DNA of 52,918 nucleotides from Gonapodya sp. JEL0774 (GCA_027604505.1 JADIIX010000035.1:124001-176918), one strand, 5' to 3'. Shown: positions 9,166 to 20,400, numbered from the stretch's first letter. Translations and numbers: made by a program. Notes: generated by a model from the letters alone, not told the origin.

Positions 9166-11827
9166 ATGTGGTCGTCATTTACCGTCTGTGCAGTCTTCGC
9201 ATCAGTTGTGTTGTTACCTGCCGTTCGGACAGCTTTCGTTGCCAGTCCGGACTGCAGCGTCCTAAAGAAATGGGTGATTTCTCAAAATCCTTCGACATTC
9301 TGGCCGTGGAGCTCGGATGGCACTGGAGAGCTTTGTTGTGACGACAGCGGCGCCACGTCCACTTTTAGCAGCGTTGGCGGAACAGTCGTTGGAATCCAGA
9401 TAACTTGCAATAAGTTTGGCGGCACTAGCTGGAAGGTCAAAGACTTCTCCTTCTATGGCAATAATGCTGGGAGTCTCGGTGTTGTCCCGGACCTCTCAAC
9501 GTTGTCCGCCCTCAATACACTTCGTGCACAATTCGCCGGTGTCTCCGCTATCCCAGTCTCCTCAGGCACGGTCAATCTTCCTCTCAGCACAGTTGACTTG
9601 GTTGGAAATCCCAAACTAGCTGGATCTTTTATCGATGGAGTTCTGCCCTCGGGCCTCTCTGTATGCAACCTGGGGTGTAGCGGTGTTATCAATTATTGCT
9701 CTTCTCCTGCCGATGCATGCTTAATCAACCCCGTAAACTCTCTTCAAATCGGTGAGCATCATAAGGGGTTGAATATGAATATGTTGATTATAGTGTGGAA
9801 ACTGTTCCTGCCAACAGTAAGCTGCACAACCACCCGATCGACAACAAGTCTCACCACAACGTAGGTTGAACTTTCCTGAATTTGTCTATTGACTCTCACT
9901 AACTGGCGTTCCCGCCAGCTTAACCACTCAATCCACGACAAGGCAAGTCTTATAGTTCCGTCCCATAACCTTTTCCGCTGATGCTCATCTAATAAATCCA
10001 AAGTCCGACAACATCGACCACAAGCCAAACAACTGAAACGTGCGTGATGAGTAAACCGTTGCTTCTAACGATATTATCTCATGTTCTCCGCAGCACATCG
10101 ACGGTGTCAACAACACAATCGACCACAAGGTACGTTGGCCCTTGTGATTAATCCGCCACCCACACGATATCTTGTGTCGCTCATCCGTTGCAATTTGAAT
10201 TTGCAGTGAGACACCATCAACCACAACAGAAACGTGCGTTGGCGAACAAACCATTGTTTCTAAAGAGACGNNNNNNNNNNNNNNNNNNNNNNNNNNNNNN
10301 NNNNNNNNNNNNNNNNNNNNNNNNNNNNNNNNNNNNNNNNNNNNNNNNNNNNNNNNNNNNNNNNNNNNNCTGACGTTCTCCGCAGCACGTCCACGGTGTC
10401 AACCACGACAACAACCACAAGGTACGTTGGCCCTTGTGATTAGTCCGCCACCCACACGATATCTTGTGTCACTCATCCATTGAATTTTGAATTTGCAGTG
10501 AGACACCATCAACCACGAGTCAAACAACGGAAACGTGAGTGGACACAAAAACTATTAGTCCCGTCGTTTTGATTTGACGTTCCCCACAACCCAACCACAC
10601 AACCCGAACATAGAACCCCGACGTAAGAAGCCTTTTAATCGGGTACTGTCGGGTCAGGCCGTAAAAGATCTCTTCGTGTTAGAGCGACAAAAACCACTCC
10701 AACGCCAGCAAAATCAACAAAAACAACAACGACCTACCCGGCTTTACCCTCGAAATTGACCAAAACTACAGTTTCTACGAATCATCCAAAGCCCACAACT
10801 ACCGCCAAGAGGACTTGCGATAGCATCCACGCAGCATACATTGCTGGAAATAAACTGACCCACCAAGATTATGATGATTGGGAAGCATGGTGGGTAATTT
10901 CCCTTCCAAGTGCCAGGACTTTGAAATAACCAAATTGTTTTACATACTCGCCACCGAAAAGGGATTGTTATAAATGGTTCCCAGATGTACGTACACCGTT
11001 TCTTTCCGCTCCATCAAATTCTGAACGAATTTTCGAACATTGTAATTTCCAATATAGGGAATCACGAATAAGAACGAGAAAACATGCGATAGTATATACG
11101 CGTCTTTCAGGGCTGGGAATGAGATGACGTCGCAAGATTTCTCTGATTGGGATGCATGGTGAATCCAAAGAAAACTGGCGCGTTCTTGAGCTTTTTTGCT
11201 GAACATGTATTGTCGTGGTTGCAGGGCATGCGACAAATGGTACCCCGCGGTGCGTCTCTTAGATCCGCGCATTGTGGTTTGACTATATTCATCATCGTCA
11301 CTGGGTAAAACAGGGCATCGGTTACAAGCGGACGTGCGACTCTATTTTTGCTGCGTATACTGCGGGCGAGACGATGAGCGACAAAGACTTTTCAGATTGG
11401 ACTCAATGGTATAGATCACGTATGCCTGATTCTTCGACGCTGTTTTAACGGTTGCTGCACATTAGGGCCTGCAAAACGTGGTTCCCAAGCGTAAGTTCTT
11501 TTTCACACGGTGCCTGAGAATTTTTCCGCAAACTTTTGGTACCTTGTTGGGAACATAAGGGCATTGGACAACTTGCCACGCGATCATGCGACACAATATA
11601 TGTCGCCTACAGTAACGGAATCAAGATGACTTCTCAAGACTTCTGGGACTGGGAACGATGGTGGGTGAAGCGCAAATTGACTGAATGTCGTACCTTCTCA
11701 ATCAACAAGTTTTCTGGATGATAGGGCGTGCAATACTTGTGAGTTTCTCATGGAGGACCTTTGTCGTGTTTTGGTGCTTACACGCCTTCACCAACCGTCA
11801 GGGTTTCCGGGTGGTATTTGGGGATGA
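9166..11827 (+). CDS. Secreted modular protein: signal peptide + LRR-like head + Thr/Ser mucin stalk (micro-exons) + 4 tandem Cys/Trp modules; spans assembly gap
   Basis: Exons 9166-9751, 9818-9860, 9919-9942, 10004-10039, 10094-10129, 10207-10233, [gap], 10386-10421, 10499-10534, 10614-10622, 10683-10889, 10962-10986, 11058-11158, 11225-11249, 11314-11408, 11466-11490, 11560-11660, 11725-11738 and 11802-11827 splice in frame with no stops. One donor is GC-type (9943). The head has an LRR N-cap-like DCxxL..W..CC...ITC and LRR-like segments (GVVPDLSTLSALNTL, VDLVGNPKLAG). Confidence 0.82.
10083..10560 (+). repeat. Tandem intron+micro-exon repeat unit (~190 bp) flanking a 99-N gap; copy number unresolved
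   Basis: gttctccgcagcac...accacaaggtacgttggcccttgtgatta.tccgccacccacacgatatcttgtgtc.ctcatcc...gaatttgcagtgagacaccatcaaccac occurs at ~10083-10240 and ~10375-10540. Ns occupy 10271-10369. Confidence 0.9.
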
Positions 11828-12570
11828 AATTCGAGGTGACGCTATGGTATGCACTTCCGAGTGCATACCGAAAGAGTCTCCGAATGCGTACTTACGACGA
11901 TGCGCCATTCTAAGCACGTCCCGAAACTTACAATACTGAAGCAATGGCAGTCAATTATAGTGCAACCAAAGCAAATTTATTTCTGCTTTAAGCACCATGT
12001 TTCTAAGAGATTACCTCTAACGGATGCAAGAAGGACCCTGGAAACGTACTGCGTTACGTTTGGTGCTCACGCGAGTGGAAGATGAGTTCAATGCAATCTT
12101 CGTGCCATGCAATGAACCGAAATCAAACATCTCGCCCACCACCGTGTGGACAAGTATACTCACCTCGACGGCATCACCATCATGTCTCATGTAAAGCAGG
12201 ATGAGACAACCCGCTGGCGGTGAATCGAACCGGCAGTTACTTCAAATCATCACGTTCCATAACCAAAAATCTTGGAATTGATCCCGATCTCTGTATGATT
12301 TCGCAACACAAATAAATTCATACCGAAGTCCCACAAACGTTTACTCCACCGTCAAATCCTCCGTCGTCTTTCCAGAACCTCCGCCCTCCAGCACCTCTGT
12401 CTCTGGTAAGACCCCCTCTAAGCATTGGGACTCACAGAACGTTTGAGATCAACACGCTAAGCCTGAGCCCGCCAACTTCTGTGGTCCGTGTTTGGATGGG
12501 CATTTTTATCATAAATGGCGTTGCTTCACACGAATACTACTCACCTCGAATCGCAGGCCGCATACATCTG

Positions 12571-12862
12571 CGACGACAAGGCTGCTGGGAAACCGTTCCA
12601 ACCCGCGACACCTCGATTTGCAAACGAGTGTCTTCCCGCCAAGAATAATTTCTCAGAAATAGATCCGTTCTCGTGAACGAGGACAAGTGCGAGGTGAGTT
12701 GAGAGATGAAGTCGCACGCGGCTTTTGGAGAACGCAATTGTTTGGGAGTTTCCATGAATCAAAGGAAATGAGGGAAAGAGTCTGTGAATTTGTCTCTGCT
12801 GAGGGTCTCGAGTAGTTAGTCGGACAATGTTTTGGAGTAGTGTGCCATCATTTCTCACAGCT
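12571..12862 (+). pseudogene. Decayed duplicate of PP2C exon 1 (3' part) and intron 1
   Basis: Aligns to 17579-17873 (cgacgacaag...acacctcgatttgcaaacgagt...cgtgaacga.gaca...ggtgagttg...caaaggaaat...tcggacaa...ttctcacag). Translates DDKAAGKPFQPATPRFANECLP and then frameshifts. Confidence 0.88.
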
Positions 12863-12930
12863 CTGAACCATGGTCCTTCACGAATGTTGGATATCGCTTT
12901 GTTGCCTTTCCTCTTTCGCTCTTCTCACTA

Positions 12931-12985
12931 CCCCCCCCCCCCCCCCCTCGCCCCCCTCTCCCCCCAACCCCCACCTACCTCCCCC
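12931..12985. repeat. Poly-C/C-run tract (potential G-quadruplex on minus strand)
   Basis: C17 followed by several C4-C6 runs with short spacers. Confidence 0.85.
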
Positions 12986-13069
12986 ATCCGATAGAGGGAA
13001 GGTCAATTCCGTGCAGTCGCTACATGCAACGTGTGTCTGTGATCCGGTGCGAGCTACAGGCGAACGGTA

Positions 13070-13720
13070 CGTACCTCCGGCGACATTGGCCGTACACACC
13101 ACGCAGTCGGCGAATATTGACCGTTTGTGTTCGTCGGCGAGGGCGAGGTCTAGTGTCGAATATCGAGTGGTGGAGGGGGCGGTGAGGTAAGCCGTGATCA
13201 GTGACGTGGGGTAACTTTTGTCCACTGGCACCGACTTATTTCGCCTTTGCTCGGTCTCCCTCCAGTCAAGTGATTTAGAGCGCTGACTCAAAGCGGATCC
13301 CATGGCGCCATACCAACACCTGGTGCCGCTGAGTCCGAGCCATGTGCCGACCAAGCTACAGGAGCGGAAGGACTCACGTAGAACTTGTCGGATCCGGAGG
13401 ACGTCACCTGTAAGTTTAGTAGGTACACTCTGTGGTGAAGTTTGCGGGGCAGGACCCGCCCAGTTGGACGATGCGGTGGGCGAGAACGTTATTTTTCACG
13501 TAAACTCTGGGGGTGGTGAGCGGGTGGTGGGAGGGGGAGGTGAAGGGAACAGCGGTGTGTTGAGGTCGGAGTCAGCTGATTCGACCCACGGTTGCGGGAT
13601 TCGTAACAACGAGCGCCATTCACACGGTCAGACAGCGACACGCCGGTCGTGGAAATGACCAGACCCGCCAAACACGGCGAGTGCGGCGGAATCGTTGATG
13701 GATGGCGCGTGCACTTGATG
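13070..13720 (-). pseudogene. Degenerate 5' fragment of a tandem-BRCT gene (Dpb11/TOPBP1-like)
   Basis: Exon-like pieces PCLAGLVISTTGVSLSDR|, NVLAHRIVQLGGSCPANFTTECT...(stop/frameshift)...VTSSGSDKFY| and SIFADCVVCTAN resemble BRCT beta1, the GG loop, T(H)L-KY and the start of a second BRCT repeat. Confidence 0.55.
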
Positions 13721-13785
13721 TTTGTGAATTCAGCCACAGTGACTTTGGTCTAACTTTGCGAAACGAAAGAGGAGCAGCGAAAGAT

Positions 13786-14540
13786 ATGGCGCGGCATGCT
13801 GCGCGGAAAGAGGAGAAACGGGTGAGTGGGCTAAGTTGAAACGTGCGTGACATTTGAATGTGTTGACATCTGCTGGGAATGCTTTCGAAAGGTGTACGCC
13901 ATTATGGACGAGAACCGAGCACGCGTGGAGAGACGTAAGGCGGCGCACGAGGCGAAGATGACGGATCCAGTGCAGATGCTGCGTATTAAGGGGAGGGCTT
14001 GTGTGCCCGTGTTGGACGCCGAGAGGTGCGAGTGGGTTTGTTTGGTTTGTGTTATAGTGTCAGTTGGGAACAGGGCTGACGGGGGCGGGAGAGACTAGGT
14101 TCAACGCTAATGAAACGGGAAAGAACGTCTCACCATGAGTGCTCGACAGGGATGCGACGATCGACCGGTTCGTTGCGAGGAATTCGTTGGGTTATGTGTC
14201 GCAGTGGGGCAGTGGTGGTGGTGGGGTAGCACACGAGGACGAAGAAGAGGATAAAGTCCAGTTCGAGCAGTACAGAGACATCGCAGACGCTGGCTTCCCT
14301 CTCGGTGCGTATTGACACGTGAACACATTCGCTCATCGTCGTACCACACGCGCCTTAAAGGACCCGAAGACGCCGTCATCCGCGCCATCGACGAGCAGTG
14401 GACCGCTCACCTTGTCGCGCATTCCAAGGCTGGAGCGGCTGCTTCTGCTGCCGGGACTGAAAATCCCGACTCACCTGAACCTTACACCCTCGCAGAGGCG
14501 ACAAAGGGATACCATCGGGGGACAGTATGGCGTGCGTAAG
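13786..14540 (+). pseudogene. Truncated pseudogene of CLASRP/SFRS16-like splicing regulator (DRY_EERY domain)
   Basis: Splices to MARHAARKEEKR|VYAIMDENRARVERRKAAHEAKMTDPVQMLRIKGRACVPVLDAER|FNANETGKNVSP*VLDRDATIDRFVARNSL...EDEEEDKVQFEQYRDI. This parallels the CLASRP N-terminus (WHEARK..K, DPxQFLQVHGRAC, PWQGD..IDRFDVR, NYERYR). An in-frame TGA at 14136-14138 replaces the conserved Trp, and no RS-rich remainder follows. Confidence 0.78.
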
Positions 14541-14800
14541 TGGTCCGGACAACCTGGCGAGAAAGGTGGAGATGAGGGAAGAGAGGGAAAGGAGAGGACA
14601 AGATTGCAAGGTGTGTATGCGTTTGCTTCGAATGGGGCCGGGTGGTCTGGGTGCGTGGAAGACATGTGGCTCATATGCTCCATTTCATGCTATTTGGGGC
14701 TCTGCTACACCGTGCCATTTCATATGACTCCGTGCCATCCCATTCTAATGGTATGACCTTTTTCATCCTGTTCCGCCCTGCTCTGCACTGCTCCATTCCC

Positions 14801-14872
14801 TATCACGACACGAGTGTGTGCCTATCATACCTCGTATATCACGACACGTGTGTGTGCCTATCATACCTCGTA
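14801..14872. repeat. 36-bp tandem duplication
   Basis: tatcacgacacg(a/t)gtgtgtgcctatcatacctcgta occurs twice with one mismatch. Confidence 0.9.
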
Positions 14873-17426
14873 TGCACTCCGGCGTCCGTGTACGTGGAGG
14901 AAAAGCGTAAGAAACCGCGACAAACTGAACGAGATTGGTTGTACTAATTGGACGAGACGAGATGGGTGGACGGGGGCCAAGACAAGGTGGTGTTTTCTGT
15001 TGCGTCATTTTTCTTTTCTTTTTTCTTTTTTCTTGGAGGTTCCCGTGCTGGGATGGAGTGGCCGAGTTGAGAGTGGTGCGGAAGGGGGTGTTGGGACGTT
15101 GTGTGTGCTCACTTGTCGCTTTTGGTGTAGATAGACGGTAGAATGAATTCGGCTTAGTAACGGCGTAACATGAGTACGGAGAGGCGAACGCAACACTATT
15201 ATGGATCACCCGCCGCCGCTAGAACTTTAGCAACAGGAGTGTCTCCATTTTTCTCATAATTCGCACGTCACTCATAGTTATTTGTTTTACATCTTACAAT
15301 TGTACCCGATGCACGTGCACGTGTACGTCCATCATAATACGTACCAAGTGTTGGGGGTTTCAGGCGGGGGTTGCTTCGTGAGTCCGCGGAATAGAGCCGA
15401 GAGCTCACGCCATGTGACCTGGGAGGCGAGACGAGTGGAGTGGGACGAGAGAGACGTGACGGAGGACCGGAGTAAGTGCATTCTTCTTCTTCTTGTCACT
15501 AGAGATTGTATCATATCTTAATAAAAACAGGACAGCAGATGTTTTGTGAATCAAACCGGCATTGCTCACTTTCCGTGATACTGTTTCATGTTTGTGCTGC
15601 CACAGCTTGTTTATGTAATATTGCCTGTGGCTTTGTGGTGAACTCAGTCCTACTCAGTCCTCCAAAGCATGCACGCCGGTAGTGTACCTTTTCACGATTA
15701 CATAGAACGACTACAGCTGTCCAGGAGACCGCCTTTTTGCATTTTTATTCGTCGATTCCTATCCACAGACGCCGCCGCACCGGGGCAACTCCATCGGGTT
15801 CCCTTCCCAAAAAAATGGCGAGAAGTCTGGTATGCTGGTCAGCGGCTGATAATAGATGATCGGAACAGAATTGAGCAACGAATCCACGATCAAAATGGAC
15901 TTCCCTCCGATAGCCGCCGCGTCCTCCCCTGATTGTTCTCATCACCATTTTCGGACTTCTTGCTGTCCTATTCCAATCTGCTTGGGGTGGATATTCTTGC
16001 CCGTGGGGAAGGGTCGTCCGTTATGTGAATGGGGTGCCGCAATCCTGCGCGTGCCGTACTGGATGGTTTCCGGCATATAATGGGCAGTGCTGTGCACCAA
16101 ACTCTTACTGGTCATGGACAGAGCCTGGGTGCAAGTGCGACCCTGGAACCAAGTGGAACAACTTGAGATTGATGTGAGACTTACTAGTAATAGCAGTGCC
16201 GACGTCAATGAATTCTGAAACACCCTACCCCCAACGGCGTTCCTTCTTTTAGCTGCGAAGGCAAATTTCCGTCTTGTCGTCCCTACGGTACTGTACCTGA
16301 CCAACAAGGACAGTATGGTGGCTGCGTGTGCAAGGTTGGATGGTCGCCGGCTGGCGACGATGGACAATGCTGTGCCCCTCTCCAATATTGGGTGAGGGGC
16401 CAAGGGTGCAAATGCCTTTGGGGCTTCTACTGGACTGGTACCCAGTGCATTGTCGGGCTCTGAGTGACGCTCTGAAACTTGACATGGGATAGGGGTGTCT
16501 GATCGCAGAGCTAAGAGCCTGGTCGGTTCACGACCGAGAGTGAAATGACACAGGTAAATGAGTTCCATAATGATAAATAATGTGGCACGAAATAAAGTCT
16601 GCGGCGATAATGTTATGTAATCGAATCCCGGTACATATCCGATCAGCGCGAAGTCCATTGAGCCAGCTACGGATCACCATGGCTGATCAGGACAGTAGAT
16701 TCCGCGCTATTGCTTGTGTGTGATTTACGTTAATCGCCGAGGTTTTGTTGTCAGTGTTCAAGGCATGTGAATCGGCCGCCTTGTCGTCTTGCTCGCGATT
16801 GAGTTCTGCCGGCCGTGGCCACCTCGAGTCGCAGGATGCTTTGCAAAGACTCCGTATTCTCAGCCGCCTCCAAACGGACAGAATCTCGGGTCGAAACACG
16901 ATCAAAAATTGAACCTGAACCTCCTCACGGAAGATAAGCGCTCCCCGAAGTATGCCATGGAACGCGCTGCGTGGCGCGTGCATGGGGATCATGTTCGCAT
17001 TACATGACTCTGGAATGTTTGCAATGTCAATTGTGACGAGGGTGGCCCACGCTGCCCTCCTTTATCCGTAGCGTCTCCTTTCACGCTTGTTCAGAACCGT
17101 TGTCCTTGAACAAGAGAAATGTTTCCAGATGTTTTAAAATTACGGATTATCAGCCATTTCTCCTTGAAGAACAGGAAACCTTTTATCAAGCGGGAAATCA
17201 AGCAGAAGTGCGTTTCTTGTGAGTGTCTTCGCAAATCCTCGCAAGACCAGAATCGTCTGCACAGCACTCTCCAGACCAACGATTGCGGCGTTTGAATCGA
17301 GTGAATTGAACTCGCAGAAAACAAAGTCGTCGAGTTTCCGAGTCGTCGACCCTGTCCTCCGGATCTGGAGCAAAGCGGGGAATCCCAGCTTTGCTGTTTG
17401 AATCTGAGGACCAACTTTCAAGAAAG

Positions 17427-20400
17427 ATGGGCGCCCTGTCACTTCCGGCGTCGCCCGCATCTCCTGCAGGATCAACAGCGACCATTCTTTGTCCTGATAC
17501 CGCAAGCACAGGAAGCAGTCCCGCTCGGAGCAGTCCACATCGAAAGCTTTCGCAGATCGAAACGCGACAGAGTCAAAACGACGACAAGATTACTGGGAAC
17601 CCGTTCCAGCCCGCAACACCTCGATTTGCAAACGAGTCTCTTCCCGGTAGAAAGCATTTTCTCAGAAACGGAACCGTTGTCGTGAACGAAGACACATGCG
17701 GGGTGAGTTGGCAGATGAAGTGACACACTATTTTTTTTGGAATGCAGTTGTTTGCGAGTTTCTATGATTCAAAGGAAATACGAGAAAGAGTTTTTGAATT
17801 CGGCTCTGCTGATGGTCCGAATCACGGATTCGGACAAGTTTTTGCCATCGGCGAGATGTCAATTCTCACAGTTCCCAGCCGCGGCCCTTGAAGAATGTCG
17901 GAAGTCTCATTGTCGCCTTTTCTCGTGTCTCTCCCTCACACGCTCCTCTCCAATCATGCCAATGTCAAGCACTTCTCCTTCACTTTCACCTCTCCACACC
18001 AACCGTCGCACCCGGTCCACTGCTTCTACCTCGCGGACGGTCACGGCGAAGCCGTTCTCGTGCCACTCAACTCCAGCAGGTGGAAGGGATCGAGGGCGGA
18101 ACAGTGGATTCAGGTGCTACGACAGTGCGTGGGAGAGGTGGTGGAGGAGTAAGTGTTTTCGACTGTGTTGTGTGCGACAAGCTGCGGTCGTTCCTTGCCT
18201 GTTTCGATGCAAGAGGGGTTACTGGGGGTAATGTCATGGAGTAAGACATTCAAGTGTTTTCCCGCGGACGGGCTCTTAGGAACTGGGCTCTTATGCGTTT
18301 TGAAAAGAAGCAGCTCGCCCGCCTCAGAATTCCACAAGTATTGGAAGAGATTAAACTCAAGTGTTATGTTTGCGTCATTTTGTGTGCGCTGTTATTCTTG
18401 CAGCGCTTGTACACCACCTTCTGCAACTTATGATATCCCTCCCAATTTGCTCCTCACGCAGAGTCTTTTCCGATGCAGCTCGCAAGGCCGACGAAGAGTT
18501 TTGCAGACTGGTGAGCCCATTTCTAGGTCTTTTGCTCGCGGCACCTTTCTCATCGGAATCGCACCATTTTCTCAGACCCGGCTCTCAAACAGCCCCACCG
18601 AACCGAAAACCACGACTAACGCGACTAACGTCCCATCCACCCCACCACCCCTATCAACACCTGCAGCCGGGGACTCAAACGCAGCAAATGATCCGTTTGC
18701 CTTCCCCGACTCCTCTCCGCCCAAATCCCGGACCGCGTTTCCCACCCCTTCTACACCCACCACCACTGTGTCATCGTCTGAATTTCCGACCAACCAGACC
18801 GACCCTCCAACCTACACAGCAATCTTCCTCCGCTATCTTCTCCCTCCGCTTCGCTCTCTCCACCTCCGCCTCAACCGCCGTATCGCCCACACCTCCCCTT
18901 CCCTCTCCGCTGACAACGGTTCCACGTTCCTCCTTACCTGCATCCTCCCCACCCACATCGTCTCCTGCACCATTGGCGACTCGTCCATGCTTCTCGCCTC
19001 ATCATCAGGCCTCGCCGTGCCCGTCTGGTCCCGCTCGGGAAGCGGTGAACCACCAGGACCCTGCAGCTACGAAGACGCGCTGGGCAAGTGGCCCGACGAA
19101 CTGCACGAGGGGCAGACGGCGGATGAGGTGAGGAAGGACTACGAGAGGGTCAAGAGGAGGGTGAGGAAGGTCGTGGGTGGACAAGGGAAAGGGTGGACGG
19201 TCTGGAGCCCCCGCAGCGCATATGGTTTGGGCATGACGGCGACCCTTGGTAAGTAAGAGAATTGTGGCGCGTCGTCGTGCTGTCATGTTTATTCAGAGAG
19301 CTCTGGATTCTTGGTTCTTTCTCACCACGGAACTTGCAGGAAACCTCAACCACGCGGGCTGTACCATTTCCCGGACCAATGTCTACGTGTTTGACAAAAG
19401 CGAGCTGGCGGGCATGATGGGTGGTTTAGGCATGTCGGCTGGCCACAGGAACGGCCGGCAAGATATATTGGGCGACAGGGGAGGACTCAAAGTCACCATA
19501 GTGATGGTTTCGGATGGGGTCAAGGTTGGTACCAGGAGTTGCTGTTTTTGTTGAGTTCCGCAAAAAGTATCAATGCCCACCACGCTTTCTGCTTTCTTCC
19601 ACCATCCCGCAGGACGTCCTCACTGCCCCCGAGATCGCTCTCCTCTCGCGTTCCCTTCTCCACGGTCTCTTGCTCTCTGCCGGATCTATCCCCACACCAA
19701 ACCCCGCGAACCCTCCCGACTTGCGTGACGATCCCACACTCCCCGTGGAGCGCATTATTGCGGGAGCTATGGCGGGCCCTCGTGATGCAGCTGCCCGCAG
19801 AAGTGCCGAAGAGGTTATGGATTGTGTGCAGAGCGCGGCGCTGGCCGAGAGCACCGAAGATCACGAGAACGACGGAGACGAGGAAGTTGTAAGGAGACCG
19901 AGTCTGGAAATACTATGTAGAGCATTGGTACATCTTGCTAAGATGAGAGGAAGTACCGATGACGTGACAGGTATTTGCGGGTGTGAATGCGAAGTCACCA
20001 GAACATTGGCAGACAATGACGCATTTGATTTCCGTTCTTACAGCGCTGGCCATCGACGTACCCCTGTCTCCAACACACCCGATCGGATCGTCTTCTCCTA
20101 CCTCGACTTCAGTCACCCCCTCCAGACCTCACCCGACCTCACAGTACAATTCAGAATCCCCTCATTCGACTCCACTCTCATCATCTCGCCGCTCTCGATC
20201 TATCACTCCGTCGCCGCTTCGCGCCGACCCCGCCGAGCTCCGCAGGTTGATCGCACCATTAGAAGGCGATGGGTACTACGCCGGTGTCTGTGGTGGCAGG
20301 AGTAGTCCAATGGAGAGAATAACTGACAGTTTGTGTGTGGAACCGGGCAGTCTTGTGGGGTTGGAGATGGCTCTGGGTGGTGCGACGGAAGTGGATGTGG

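Larger units (their letters stand above)
6112..9220. repeat. Tandem segmental duplication: ~6112-7527 aligns to ~7715-9220
   Basis: Shared blocks extend beyond the CDSs: gggtctcacgatgggagttggtgcatggtgggggaggatcaggat, tagaccgcatagaacccgttgaaggatgaagtgcactattcttgcttcacag, cagcttcattccgattc and gtgcagtcttcgcatcagt. Offset is about 1.6-1.7 kb. Confidence 0.92.

Noticed and set aside
10188..10420. ORFs containing X runs
   Set aside because: Artefacts of the 99-N scaffold gap.
10080..11830. CRISPR-like or satellite array
   Set aside because: The periodicity is explained by exon-intron units of a protein-coding gene. There are no identical direct repeats with unique spacers and no cas genes.
15669..17100. 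238-aa minus-strand ORF (15942-16658) and neighbours
   Set aside because: No recognisable domain or consistent splice model; could be a hypothetical gene or decayed sequence.
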